DNA of 39,413 bases from a virus. Taxonomy: Duplodnaviria; Heunggongvirae; Uroviricota; Caudoviricetes. Of the stretch, positions 1 through 8,620 are shown in pieces. Position 1 is the stretch's first letter. Every line of letters begins with the position of its first letter. The position numbers and the translations under genes are program-made. The stretch lies in the IMG/VR virus record IMGVR_UViG_2703718855_000002, one strand, 5' to 3'. Under the pieces are notes generated by a model. The model searched no databases. It was not told the DNA's origin and saw nothing but the letters and a program-made list of their open reading frames with translations.

Positions 1-1257
1 GTGCTTACCGATACAAAATTAAAAAACCTCAAGCCGCAGGACAAACTGTACAAGGTCTCCGATCGTGACGGGCTGTATGTAGCTGTGCTTACGTCAGGCA
101 CGGTCTCGTTTCGCTATGACTACCGTATCAACGGTCGCCGCGAAACACTGGTAATCGGGCAGTATGGGCGTGACGGTATCAGCCTGGCAGAAGCGCGAGA
201 AGAACTGATTGCTGCAAAGAAGCTGCTTAAAGCAGGCCAGTCACCGGCTGCGGCTAAACGTGACGGTATCAAAAAGATTCGTGGTGCCGAGACGTTTGCG
301 GTACATACCGACAGTTATATGAAACACGTCATCCTGGCTGACAGTACCCGCGCAATGAAGCAGGCGGTGATCGACCGTGACATACTTCCAGTTCTTGGCA
401 ACAAAATGATGACTGAAATTACCACATCGATGGTTCGTGATTTGTGTGACCGGATTGTCGAACGCGGTGGTCGGGCAACAGCAGTACAGGCAAGGGAGAT
501 CATCAGCAGCGTATACCGTCACGCCAATGACCGTGGTCATGGTTTGTTTAATCCTGCGGCTGACATTAAACCTTCGTCTATCGCCATATTTAAACCACGA
601 GAGCGAACACTGACACCAGAAGAAATTGGCCTGTTCTTCCGCACGCTGGATGCCATTGGTGCTATGGGCACTATGAAAATGGCTTTAAAGCTGGTGCTTA
701 TCACTATGGTTCGTAAAGGCGAGTTCACCAATGCAACGTGGGATGAAATAGATTTTAAAAAATGGACATGGACAATTCCTTCAGACCGCATGAAGGGAAG
801 CCGGGCGCACGTTATTTACCTGCCTAAACAGGCACAGGATATATTGGTCGGGTTACAGATGTGCGCTGGTGGAAGTGAATATCTGGCTCCTGGTCGTTAC
901 AATTTCCGGAAGCCATTATCTAATGCCGCGCTGAACTCTCTGATCGACAGAACGGTGAAAATAATAAATGAAGATGGTGAGCATATTCAGGATTTCACCG
1001 TACACGATATGCGCCGTACAGCCAGTACGTTGTTGCATGAGGCTGGTTATCCTTCAGACTGGATTGAAAAGGCTCTGGCACATGAGCAGAAAGGTGTGCG
1101 CGCCGTATATAACAAAGCGGAATACGCAAGACAGCGCGCCTACATGTTGCAGCAGTGGGCCGATATGATTGATTCCTGGATTGACGGGGAGCATACGGAT
1201 CTGATTCCGTTCTCCCCGTCGAAGTTTGAGAAGTGGATGGAAGACAGTAATAAATAA
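1..1257 (+). CDS. int: Tyrosine recombinase / phage integrase (P4-type), GTG start at window position 1
   Basis: 418-aa ORF; N-terminus MLTDTKLKNLKPQDKLYKVSDRDGLY and C-terminal HDMRRTASTLL...VYNKAEYARQRAYMLQQWADMI typical of P4-family integrases; located at prophage end. Confidence 0.85.
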   Translation: MLTDTKLKNLKPQDKLYKVSDRDGLYVAVLTSGTVSFRYDYRINGRRETLVIGQYGRDGISLAEAREELIAAKKLLKAGQSPAAAKRDGIKKIRGAETFAVHTDSYMKHVILADSTRAMKQAVIDRDILPVLGNKMMTEITTSMVRDLCDRIVERGGRATAVQAREIISSVYRHANDRGHGLFNPAADIKPSSIAIFKPRERTLTPEEIGLFFRTLDAIGAMGTMKMALKLVLITMVRKGEFTNATWDEIDFKKWTWTIPSDRMKGSRAHVIYLPKQAQDILVGLQMCAGGSEYLAPGRYNFRKPLSNAALNSLIDRTVKIINEDGEHIQDFTVHDMRRTASTLLHEAGYPSDWIEKALAHEQKGVRAVYNKAEYARQRAYMLQQWADMIDSWIDGEHTDLIPFSPSKFEKWMEDSNK

Positions 1258-1259
1258 TT

Positions 1260-1919
1260 CTATCCTTCCTGGACTTTGGTAAGCGTCAGATTTCCGCAGA
1301 ACACTGCGCCGGTGTCGATGTACATCTGGTTTGCATACACCAGTGGGTGATGTGCTGGCGTATGACCGAAGATGAACAAATCGGCACCGGTTATCTCCGA
1401 GACAATACCGTCCTGCGCGTCGCTAACCCGCTCACGATTCCATATCACCATTTCTTCTGGTACTGGCTTATCGAATGCGTATTCGTTGTGCGGGTAGTCT
1501 GCGTGACAGATGACGACCTTCTTATTGCCGGTAACCAGTTCGATAATCATCGGGAGGTTGGTAATCTTTGGCAGAAGGTATTTGAGTTGCACATCCTGCT
1601 CAGAATCAAGTTGGTGCCACCATCCACCGCCGTTTGACATCCAATGTCCGAAACTTCCGCCGTTGACCAGTGCATCCAGCATCATCTGCTCATGGTTGCC
1701 ACGAACAGCTCGGAACCACGGCATAGTAATCAAATCCAGGCATTCGACGTTTTCAGCGCCGCGGTCAACAAGGTCACCAACGGAAATAAGTAAATCGCGC
1801 GCCGGGTCGAATGAAACTTTGTCGAGTTCGTTCATCAGCAGCGTGTAGCACCCATGCAGATCGCCGACGACGAAGATATTGCACCAGTCAGCGCCATTGA
1901 TGCGTTGATATAGGTTCAT
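1260..1919 (-). CDS. Ser/Thr protein phosphatase (lambda PP-like metallophosphatase)
   Basis: Motifs GDLHG, GDLVDRG and GNHE in the 220-aa product from ATG at 1919; ATGA overlap with upstream gene. Confidence 0.85.
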   Translation of the reverse strand: MNLYQRINGADWCNIFVVGDLHGCYTLLMNELDKVSFDPARDLLISVGDLVDRGAENVECLDLITMPWFRAVRGNHEQMMLDALVNGGSFGHWMSNGGGWWHQLDSEQDVQLKYLLPKITNLPMIIELVTGNKKVVICHADYPHNEYAFDKPVPEEMVIWNRERVSDAQDGIVSEITGADLFIFGHTPAHHPLVYANQMYIDTGAVFCGNLTLTKVQEG

Positions 1920-2566
1920 GCTGCACGCTCCCGCCCCTGGTTGTCTATTGGTGACACCGGAGCATTGCTGAATGCATTTGTTAATCCGCCAATATCCAAC
2001 GCGTATCCAGGGTGTAGTTGCACTGCCGGGTCTTCGCACTGATTACCCCAAACATCGAAGCCATGAGACGACTGGCGGGCGAACAGTTCAATGCGAGAAA
2101 CATCGCCTAACAATTGCACAAGTTTTTCACGAACGACATCTGGTTTTCTTGAATGCTCAAGCCGCGGTGCGGTAAATGACTGAACGATCCCTGCATTAAT
2201 GCGCGTAGGTAGTTTTCCCTTAACTGCAAACAGGCAATCTTCACTATTGGCGCGAGTCATGTGCCCCATACCCATAACCAGTTTATCTGGTTGTCGACTA
2301 CCACATTTTATCCACGTGAAGCCCTTCATGGTCATCAGACGGAATCCCCAGGCTTCAACAACTTTTAGTGCTTCGAGTGGTTGTGTTGGCACCCACCACA
2401 TGGCCAACAGACAGTTTTCACCGGCCAAATCCCACACAGGAAGGCGGCAGATATCCAGCACACTCATAACAGGATATTTAAAGCCGGCACCGCGATTACC
2501 ATCTGCGGCTTTGTCCCGGTATACCCAGGGTGGATCTGCATAGATTAGTGTGTATTTCTTAGTCAT
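1916..2566 (-). CDS. MT-A70 family N6-adenine DNA methyltransferase
   Basis: YADPPW motif near N-terminus ([14 protein letters not shown]); ATG at 2566 preceded by GGGGTGG; alternative GTG start at 2578. Confidence 0.8.
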   Translation of the reverse strand: MTKKYTLIYADPPWVYRDKAADGNRGAGFKYPVMSVLDICRLPVWDLAGENCLLAMWWVPTQPLEALKVVEAWGFRLMTMKGFTWIKCGSRQPDKLVMGMGHMTRANSEDCLFAVKGKLPTRINAGIVQSFTAPRLEHSRKPDVVREKLVQLLGDVSRIELFARQSSHGFDVWGNQCEDPAVQLHPGYALDIGGLTNAFSNAPVSPIDNQGRERAA

Positions 2567-2825
2567 AAACCACCCCACAACATCCTATGCCGCTATAGTC
2601 GCCACGGCGAAGGCCGTTACCTTTTGTGATACATTGGTCCCTGCGAACAGCGATCCTTGCACGCTCAACATCACCAGAAGCAACATCCATACACTGAAGC
2701 CAAAGGTGGGCGGCAATGCGGAACTGCCCTTTTTTCTCTCTTTCAATCGCGCGTTTTTCGATCTCTATCGCCGCAGGAGTAACGGCAACAACCTTTGAAT
2801 GGCTGCGCATTGAAACCTTGTTCAT
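2559..2825 (-). CDS. Hypothetical small protein
   Basis: ORF in track 2559..2858; ATG at 2825 chosen, alternative ATG at 2810 has better AAGG spacing; overlaps methylase start by 8 nt. Confidence 0.35.
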   Translation of the reverse strand: MNKVSMRSHSKVVAVTPAAIEIEKRAIEREKKGQFRIAAHLWLQCMDVASGDVERARIAVRRDQCITKGNGLRRGDYSGIGCCGVVYD

Positions 2826-2967
2826 GTGATATTTTTCAAGTCGGCTTAACTTTCTCACTTAATCCAACCCTCTCTGAAAATTAATGCCAGCAGATAAAGC
2901 CATGCTGAAACAGAGGCCAGGAATAAGTACCATCCTGACCATTTGCTCCAGTGCCTTAGCAGCGCAC

Positions 2968-3216
2968 TCATGCAGCGTTGCTCACAGGACGATATACACG
3001 TTGCTGAACAGGAGGCTTTTTACCCTGGAACTCTGCCGGGCTTGCTGCCTGACGTTCATCAAGCCAACGCTCAACTTCATCACGGTTCCATGCGCAGCGT
3101 TTATCGGTGATATACCAGCGTTTAGGAAATTCCCCTGCGCGCTCCATACGGTCGATAGTGCTCCATGACAGTGGCACCACCGCCAGGAGTTCCTTCTTAC
3201 CTAATGCACCTTTCAT
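2968..3216 (-). CDS. AlpA-family transcriptional regulator / excisionase-like DNA-binding protein
   Basis: 82 aa; LLAVVPLSWSTIDRMERAGEFPKRW...AWNRDEVERWL matches AlpA/HTH_17 pattern; SD AGAGAGGT upstream of ATG 3216. Confidence 0.7.
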   Translation of the reverse strand: MKGALGKKELLAVVPLSWSTIDRMERAGEFPKRWYITDKRCAWNRDEVERWLDERQAASPAEFQGKKPPVQQRVYRPVSNAA

Positions 3217-3265
3217 AAATACCTCTCTTGGTTGCAGTGCGGCGCGCGTGGCGCCGCGGTGGTGG

Positions 3266-4147
3266 TTACATAGATGTTTCGTTTAATTCTTCCCGACGAA
3301 CGCTGTAAACGTCGGTGGCTTTTGCCAGCAGTTCGTCATCATCTGAAAGTTTTTGTGCAATGTATTTGTAAGCCTTATCCAGTTCGGAGACAGTGATGTA
3401 ATTCATCGCTGCGCTGGTAAAGGCCATCAGCATTTCTTCTGGATCACGGCTATCCGCTTTACGCGTTTGCTCATCAGGCTTTTTCGCTGGTTTAGCGTTG
3501 ATCAGACTGTTCATTCCCGCAGCAGTGGTCGTTTGCGGAGTAATGTCTCGCTCAACGCGCGGTGCCGTTTCCTGTAATTCGTCAGGGGTGTAAACACCGA
3601 GAAGTACATCAGGAGCGTGCAGGCGAGCCCATCGTTTCGTGCAAAGATAGGCAAGCTGCTGGCGCGGATCCTGTTCCCACAATGGAGAGTTACGCACTCC
3701 GGCTTGCGCCATACTGATGGTAAGCTCACGGGGTTCTGCTTCTCCTTTAAGAACTGCTGACACAGTTACCGTCAGATTCGGTGATTTATCTGTTTTGCCG
3801 TTAACATTCGACCAGTCACCGCTCCAGCGATAATTCAGGCGTGTCGCTAGCAGGCTGGAAGAGGATACGACCGCGTTTACCAACTGTGCTTCGTAGCCTA
3901 ACGTTCCGTTTACCACATGCGTTTTCTGCGCCACGGCGAAAGGATTCATTCCCCACTGTGCCGCCTGCATGGTCACCGCCAGACAATCGGCAGGTTTGCC
4001 TTCAAGATGTTTCGGTACAGTCGCTTTGCTTTGTGACATCAACTCCGCGAAACGCACCAGTTGATTCATGCCCTCCGGGCTGAAGATTGCCGCAGCAGTA
4101 CCTACAGTTGCGCCTGGTTGTGATGTGATTGCGATATCATTGCTCAT
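3266..4147 (-). CDS. Single-strand annealing protein (RecT/Bet-like recombinase)
   Basis: 293 aa; start ATG overlaps stop of upstream exonuclease (ATGA), the classic exo-SSAP pair; family assignment from memory, not searched. Confidence 0.55.
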   Translation of the reverse strand: MSNDIAITSQPGATVGTAAAIFSPEGMNQLVRFAELMSQSKATVPKHLEGKPADCLAVTMQAAQWGMNPFAVAQKTHVVNGTLGYEAQLVNAVVSSSSLLATRLNYRWSGDWSNVNGKTDKSPNLTVTVSAVLKGEAEPRELTISMAQAGVRNSPLWEQDPRQQLAYLCTKRWARLHAPDVLLGVYTPDELQETAPRVERDITPQTTTAAGMNSLINAKPAKKPDEQTRKADSRDPEEMLMAFTSAAMNYITVSELDKAYKYIAQKLSDDDELLAKATDVYSVRREELNETSM

Positions 4148-4965
4148 ACGTACATATCCTGTTTACGTGCCCAGTCAGGGCGTTTAATAATTTCCACTCC
4201 GCCCCACTCATCGTTGATGCGGCATTCGTGATAGGTATTCAGATCCCGGTGGAACAGAGCGTGCCCGGCATCGACATCCGGCGCATCCAGCTCGAACACG
4301 CGTACCGGATACCGACCACAATCAATGCTTTCGCTCACGGCAAGAAAGAAAAAGCCATGCGGCTGACCAGTAACCCTCATTGCGCCTTCGCGGTACATTG
4401 CGTCCTGCACGTGGTAGCGGAATTCCTCGATGTGGCGTGCAAAACGGTCCATATCTGCAACCTTTTTCACGTCGACGATCACGTTGTGCTCGTTCAGCCA
4501 TTTGTCTGGACGAATTCGGCACAACTCACCCGTATCTTCATCGTTCCAGTACATTGATGCTTCGCAGTAACCAGGTGCTTCCAACATCCAGCGTGCCGCC
4601 GGGTGAGCCATTGCGCTAGCACGCATCAGCTCCAGTTTTCGCCACTGCTCTGCATCAAGTACCGAAATCCCCATATCCGCCACATCACGAAGAAATTCCT
4701 CTTCGTCAGCTTTACCTTGTTTCGTCCGACGATCGAATTTCGGTGAAACAATGAAGCGTTTGTCGAACTCTCCAGGCTCCAGAAGCAGACAGTGCAATGC
4801 GGTTCCCATATCCAGTGCAGACTTTTTCTCTTCGTCTTCTGGTGCTGCCTGAACCCATTTAAGAAGCGCCGGATTCTTGGCAACCATGTCCAGTTGCGAC
4901 TTACTCACGCCGTCACCGGCGTGGTAGTCTTCGTTGCTGATGTCGAAATAAATTCCCGGTTTCAT
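4144..4965 (-). CDS. PD-(D/E)xK recombination exonuclease (YqaJ/RecE-like)
   Basis: 273 aa; N-terminal GIYFDISNEDYHA...SKSQL and RPDK ... VDVKK consistent with PD-(D/E)xK core; ATGA coupling on both sides. Confidence 0.6.
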   Translation of the reverse strand: MKPGIYFDISNEDYHAGDGVSKSQLDMVAKNPALLKWVQAAPEDEEKKSALDMGTALHCLLLEPGEFDKRFIVSPKFDRRTKQGKADEEEFLRDVADMGISVLDAEQWRKLELMRASAMAHPAARWMLEAPGYCEASMYWNDEDTGELCRIRPDKWLNEHNVIVDVKKVADMDRFARHIEEFRYHVQDAMYREGAMRVTGQPHGFFFLAVSESIDCGRYPVRVFELDAPDVDAGHALFHRDLNTYHECRINDEWGGVEIIKRPDWARKQDMYV

Positions 4966-5261
4966 GCCGCGTCCCTCTGTCCATCAAGCTGATCCGCCAG
5001 ATCCCAGCGGGCGATAATTGCCATTGCCTCTCGCCGATAGGCATCCATCAGTTCTTCGAACTCAGGGCTGTCTTTAGCAGCCTCCAGTACTTCCTGACGA
5101 ACGCCTTTGCCTGTTACAACGTCGAAAGTTGAGGACAGTTGATGAAGTCGGATGCTCTCAATCAGTTCAACTTGTCGGTCATATAGCTGTTCTGACAGGC
5201 GGTAGTCCTTGTCGAATGCCAGCATGATTTTTTGAAGATTTTTCTGCTGATTAACGTTCAT
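4962..5261 (-). CDS. Hypothetical early protein
   Basis: ORF track 4962..5276; ATG at 5261 preceded by GGGAGGG; stop overlaps exonuclease start (ATGA). Confidence 0.45.
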   Translation of the reverse strand: MNVNQQKNLQKIMLAFDKDYRLSEQLYDRQVELIESIRLHQLSSTFDVVTGKGVRQEVLEAAKDSPEFEELMDAYRREAMAIIARWDLADQLDGQRDAA

Positions 5262-5263
5262 TA

Positions 5264-5416
5264 TCAGCCCTCCCATATCTCGTTAGCGTTGGCCACATCG
5301 CGAGCTTCTTTGCTGACGAAAGCCCACTTAATGCCTTCCTGTAAGGTGCGGAACTTCCAGCTCATGAATCCGCATGCAGTAACGCAGTACCAACCGTTGA
5401 TGATTTTCCACTGCAT
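5264..5416 (-). CDS. Small hypothetical protein (50 aa), first gene of leftward early operon; not in ORF track
   Basis: ATG at 5416 to TGA at 5264; product MQWKIINGWYCVTACGFMSWKFRTLQEGIKWAFVSKEARDVANANEIWEG; stop abuts start of next gene (TGATAATG). Confidence 0.3.
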   Translation of the reverse strand: MQWKIINGWYCVTACGFMSWKFRTLQEGIKWAFVSKEARDVANANEIWEG

Positions 5417-5435
5417 AACTTGTTACCTCGGTCTG

Positions 5436-5450
5436 TTACCGTTTAGGTAA
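5436..5450. promoter_or_regulatory. Operator-like palindrome TTACCGTTTAGGTAA (left operator region)
   Basis: Perfect TTACC-N5-GGTAA; 62 bp from site 5498. Confidence 0.5.
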
Positions 5451-5497
5451 TAATTATGCGTATTTGGTTTGATGTCAATAGATATGAGTTAAAAAAA

Positions 5498-5512
5498 TTA
5501 CCCATTAGGTAA
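5498..5512. promoter_or_regulatory. Operator-like palindrome TTACCCATTAGGTAA (left operator region)
   Basis: Perfect TTACC-N5-GGTAA with extended A/T flanks. Confidence 0.5.
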
Positions 5513-5524
5513 TAGTGTAGGCAA

Positions 5525-5548
5525 TAAAAAAGCCACCAGAAGGCGGCT
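5525..5548 (-). terminator. Rho-independent terminator after repressor gene
   Basis: Minus-strand hairpin AAGCCGCCTTCTGGTGGCTT followed by TTTTTT (plus-strand A-run 5525..5530). Confidence 0.5.
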
Positions 5549-5569
5549 TACTTACTGAAAAGTATTATT

Positions 5570-6154
5570 TTATTGTTTGTTTTTTTCGTTCTGGTTGATG
5601 ACAAATTCAATGTAACTTTCGATCTTTGCTTTCTCGGTTTCAGGTAACAATGCGTAGCGCGAGCGGTCATAGTTGATAGTTGCAGGGTCGTGCGGGTGAA
5701 TCAGTAGTTCATATCCGTGACGCCCGAATGCAGATGCAACATTCTCCAGGGTGGAAATGGAAACGCTGACCTCATTGTTTAACAGGCGGCTGATTGTCAC
5801 CTGGGCGACGCCGGATGCGCGGTGAAGTTTTCCCTGTGTTGAAAGGTCGCGGCTTTCGCTCATCCAGCGTTCCAGGTTGTGAGCCGCCAGCTGACCAATG
5901 TCGCTTGGGCCGACAGGCTGAAAACCTTCCTGAGAAAGCGAGCGATCGATATCAAGCCAGTTACGGGGTTTATTGGCGGCAGCTTCAATTTTTCGCGCAA
6001 CCTGGTCGCCGATAACCTTCTTGCCAAGAGCCCAGCGGTTTACCAGATTTGCCTGAGTTCCAAGTTTTTCAGCCATCCGCGTCTGAACACCATTGAATTC
6101 ACGGTCGATCAAGTCGTTGAGATTTTGCCTGCGGACGTCCTGGATACTTTTCAT
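5570..6154 (-). CDS. Prophage repressor (CI-like, XRE-type HTH, no S24 peptidase domain)
   Basis: 194 aa; N-terminal HTH (TRMAEKLGTQANLVNRWALGKK); divergent from Cro-like gene with palindromic operators on both sides; C-terminal half has a second HTH-like segment (ASGVAQVTISRLLN). Confidence 0.7.
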   Translation of the reverse strand: MKSIQDVRRQNLNDLIDREFNGVQTRMAEKLGTQANLVNRWALGKKVIGDQVARKIEAAANKPRNWLDIDRSLSQEGFQPVGPSDIGQLAAHNLERWMSESRDLSTQGKLHRASGVAQVTISRLLNNEVSVSISTLENVASAFGRHGYELLIHPHDPATINYDRSRYALLPETEKAKIESYIEFVINQNEKNKQ

Positions 6155-6209
6155 TTTCTGGAAAATCGCCTCATATATGAATCAGTAGATGATTCAATTT
6201 AAAGCAATA

Positions 6210-6224
6210 TTACCCAATAGGTAA
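6210..6224. promoter_or_regulatory. Operator-like palindrome TTACCCAATAGGTAA (right operator region)
   Basis: Perfect TTACC-N5-GGTAA between repressor and cro-like starts; adjacent partial site 6227..6241. Confidence 0.5.
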
Positions 6225-6257
6225 ATGCACCCCATAGGTAACTATCCTTGATTTTTG

Positions 6258-6272
6258 TTACCTTATGGGTGA
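6258..6272. promoter_or_regulatory. Operator-like palindrome, imperfect (TTACCTTATGGGTGA)
   Basis: One mismatch in right arm; 48 bp from site 6210. Confidence 0.35.
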
Positions 6273-6308
6273 ATATTTATTATCTGAAATAAATATCAGG
6301 CAATAGCT

Positions 6309-6539
6309 ATGAGCGATAACGGACATTTCGATTTCAAAAAGCACTGGCTTGCACTTACTCCGGATGAGCGTGAAGCCTTCGCACAGGAAGCCGGAACGAC
6401 GAGTCATTATATCCAGACTCACTTAACAGGTAAGCGCAAAATGCCAGGTAAAGTATTGATGAATGGGCTTTTTAAAGCCTGTAAAACAAGACAATGGCTG
6501 CGCTCAAAAGCAGAACTGGCATACTTCTTCTACTCATGA
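6309..6539 (+). CDS. Cro-like / YdaS-like small HTH regulator
   Basis: 76 aa, divergent from repressor, followed by a terminator; HTH-like segment EAFAQEAGTTSHYIQTHLTGKRK. Confidence 0.5.
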   Translation: MSDNGHFDFKKHWLALTPDEREAFAQEAGTTSHYIQTHLTGKRKMPGKVLMNGLFKACKTRQWLRSKAELAYFFYS

Positions 6540-6560
6540 TATCCATCCACAACCCTCTGT

Positions 6561-6584
6561 AGACCGCCATCCGGCGGTCTTTTC
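6561..6584 (+). terminator. Rho-independent terminator (tR1-like) after cro-like gene
   Basis: AGACCGCC-ATCC-GGCGGTCT hairpin followed by TTTT. Confidence 0.6.
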
Positions 6585-6594
6585 ATATCTATTC

Positions 6595-6609
6595 GTACCT
6601 CAAAGGTAA
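6595..6609. promoter_or_regulatory. Operator-like palindrome, imperfect (GTACCTCAAAGGTAA)
   Basis: One mismatch in left arm; lies between tR1-like terminator and next gene. Confidence 0.3.
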
Positions 6610-6689
6610 TAAAAAACCAAATCTGGTTGATCTTTTTTTTGTGTCAGCACAAAATGACCGTAATCCCAATACTAATAACAGGGCTTACC

Positions 6690-6890
6690 ATGGAAATCAT
6701 TACACGTATTGATGCCGCAAAGCGCGGACTTAAACGCTATTACACCGGAAAACAATGTAAGCACGGACATGACAGTGAACGCTGGGTTTACAACGGACAC
6801 TGTGTTGAGTGCACCATGGAATCAAACCGTCGCATCAGGGCAGAGATTAAGCAGATCATGATTAATTCCTCCCCACAACACTCAAGCTGA
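6690..6890 (+). CDS. Small Cys/His-rich (zinc-ribbon-like) protein
   Basis: CKHGHDSERWVYNGHCVEC; start uncertain (ATG 6690 or 6654, TTG 6627). Confidence 0.35.
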   Translation: MEIITRIDAAKRGLKRYYTGKQCKHGHDSERWVYNGHCVECTMESNRRIRAEIKQIMINSSPQHSS

Positions 6891-6905
6891 TAGCGGAGAT
6901 TAATC

Positions 6906-7721
6906 ATGAGCAGACATGCAACAGATTGGGCCTGGGAGACAGATCCAGGCAGCTCATCATTAAAGCTCATACTGCTCTCGATGGCTGACAGAGCCGATGA
7001 ATATAACCTCTGCTACCCCAGCATAGAACGCCTAGTTAAAGACACTTGCCTGAATAAAAAAACCGTGCAGGCCGGACTTATATCGCTCATGAAAATGGGG
7101 CTTATTTCAGATACCGGAGAGAGAAAGGGAGCGACGAAAAGAGTGCGGGTTTTCTCTCTTAATATAACCAAAAACGGGAACATTAAAGGCAACCGGGAAG
7201 GGGGTAATGAACCCGAAAACGGTAATGTTACCGAAAACGGGAATATACCCAAAAACGGGATGTTGAATGATCCCAAAAACGGGATGTTGAATGATCCCAA
7301 AAACGGGATCCAGAACCAGTCATATAACCAGTCATTTAACCAAGAGAGGGAGAGCAGGACAAAAACCGGGGATTCTGTGCCTCATGACCCCGGCGCAAAC
7401 AACGCTGTGATGAATAACTTTGTTCCTCCAGGTGGGCCAGGGCAATTAGGCAAATTTGTCATGCATGAACAATGGCAGCCATCAGATGACTTTCTTCGGA
7501 AAAGCTCATTGCAGGGGATCTACCTGGACAGTCTGCCAACGGCACAGGAACTTGCAGAGTTCAGAATTTACTGGATGGCTGAGGGTAAGGCATACCATCA
7601 GGCACAGTGGGAGCAGAAGCTGGCAAGGCGGCTGCAGATTAGCAGACAGAAGCAATCAACATTACCTGATAACAACGTTCCGCACTGGAACAGCCCTGAA
7701 GCATGGGAGGATTTCTTGTGA
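6906..7721 (+). CDS. Replication initiation protein (lambda O-like; N-terminal HTH, C-terminal DnaT-like domain)
   Basis: 271 aa; internal iteron array encodes an Asn/Gly-rich linker; immediately upstream of P-like gene with overlapping stop/start. Confidence 0.75.
   Translation: MSRHATDWAWETDPGSSSLKLILLSMADRADEYNLCYPSIERLVKDTCLNKKTVQAGLISLMKMGLISDTGERKGATKRVRVFSLNITKNGNIKGNREGGNEPENGNVTENGNIPKNGMLNDPKNGMLNDPKNGIQNQSYNQSFNQERESRTKTGDSVPHDPGANNAVMNNFVPPGGPGQLGKFVMHEQWQPSDDFLRKSSLQGIYLDSLPTAQELAEFRIYWMAEGKAYHQAQWEQKLARRLQISRQKQSTLPDNNVPHWNSPEAWEDFL
7167..7313. repeat. Iteron array (candidate replication origin) inside O-like gene
   Basis: Six direct repeats with core CC(A/G)AAAACGG(G/T)A; two perfect 24-bp tandem copies CCCAAAAACGGGATGTTGAATGAT at 7248..7271 and 7272..7295; followed by CCAGTCAT(A/T)TAACC x2. 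Confidence 0.65.
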
Positions 7722-8503
7722 ACAACGTTTTTACCGCGATACAAAACCGTGACGGAGAAGCCCTTTCTCGCATGTCAGGTTATGAGCATCAGTACACCAA
7801 CAATGACAACGTGGTGAACATGTCAGCAGAGAGGCTTGTTGATGCCCTTTTCAAACAGCTGAAACAACTGTTTCCGGCGGCAGTGGTAACCAACCTGAAG
7901 ACGCCAGAGCAGGAAGTTTCTGCAAAACAGCAGTGGATTGCTGCGTTTGCCGAAGGGGGGATCCGAACCCGTGAACAGGTTTCTGCTGGTATGCGCCACG
8001 CCCGCGCCAGTGAATCTCCGTTCTGGCCGTCGCCAGGGCAATTCATCAAGTGGTGCAAAGACAGCAAGATGGTTCTTGGCGTCACCATTGACGATGTGAT
8101 GGCAGAGTTTCACCGGTACAGCAAGGAAAAAAGTTTATATCCTGGCGGTCCCGAAAGATTCCCGTGGCGACATCCGGTTATGTACTGGGTCGTATGTGAT
8201 ACCCGCCGTGCAATGTATCAGCGCCAGCTTAGCGAGATTGAGGTTGAGAAACACGCGCGCAGGCTGCTCGATGATTGGGCGAAAAAGGTGGCTTCCGGAC
8301 AGCAGATACCCGATCCGGTGATCAGCATACAGGCAAAGCCAGAACCCATGAGTACACCTCCGGACACAGGGAGAGACGTTTACCATCCACCAGGGCGAAG
8401 TTTCGGGTGCATGCCTAACGCCGCCACCCTGGGGGGAATAACACCGGCCCAGTGGCTGATGGAGGAATACCGGCGAGGGAAAGCGGCAGGACTCATCAGG
8501 TAG
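7703..8503 (+). CDS. Replication protein P-like (helicase loader)
   Basis: Collinear with lambda P as recalled (QWIAAFAEGGIRTREQVSAGMRHARASESPFWPSPGQFIKWCKDS vs lambda RQWVLAFRENGITTMEQVNAGMRVARRQNRPFLPSPGQFVAWCRE); start ATG 7703 or GTG 7718 overlapping O stop. Confidence 0.85.
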   Translation: MGGFLVNNVFTAIQNRDGEALSRMSGYEHQYTNNDNVVNMSAERLVDALFKQLKQLFPAAVVTNLKTPEQEVSAKQQWIAAFAEGGIRTREQVSAGMRHARASESPFWPSPGQFIKWCKDSKMVLGVTIDDVMAEFHRYSKEKSLYPGGPERFPWRHPVMYWVVCDTRRAMYQRQLSEIEVEKHARRLLDDWAKKVASGQQIPDPVISIQAKPEPMSTPPDTGRDVYHPPGRSFGCMPNAATLGGITPAQWLMEEYRRGKAAGLIR

Positions 8504-8540
8504 CACCAGCGCGGCAGCGCATTTTTTTACGCCTGTATAA

Positions 8541-8555
8541 TTACCTTGCAGGTAA
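8541..8555. promoter_or_regulatory. Operator-like palindrome TTACCTTGCAGGTAA
   Basis: Perfect site in intergenic region after P-like gene; 62 bp from site 8603. Confidence 0.5.
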
Positions 8556-8602
8556 CAAAATATGCGCATAGCTATTGATTTTAACTCTAATGTGGATTTA
8601 AA

Positions 8603-8617
8603 TTACCTGAGGGGTAA
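8603..8617. promoter_or_regulatory. Operator-like palindrome TTACCTGAGGGGTAA
   Basis: Perfect site overlapping the RBS of the gene starting at 8621. Confidence 0.5.
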
Positions 8618-8620
8618 GGC

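Noticed and set aside
6551-6560. Shared 10-mer AACCCTCTGT at the terminators near 6551 and 38277
   Set aside because: Hundreds of chance 10-mer pair matches are expected in a 39-kb window; not significant.
8531-8546. Possible LexA box beginning CTGTATAA
   Set aside because: No ACAG half-site at the required spacing; the sequence is instead part of the ATTACC-N5-GGTAAT site at 8541.
8135-8569. 144-aa minus-strand ORF overlapping the P-like gene
   Set aside because: Antisense to a confidently assigned gene, no RBS, atypical composition; likely a frame shadow. The same applies to antisense ORFs at 12613..13119, 19834..20661, 20481..21170, 24243..24860, 29532..29993 and 37182..37655.
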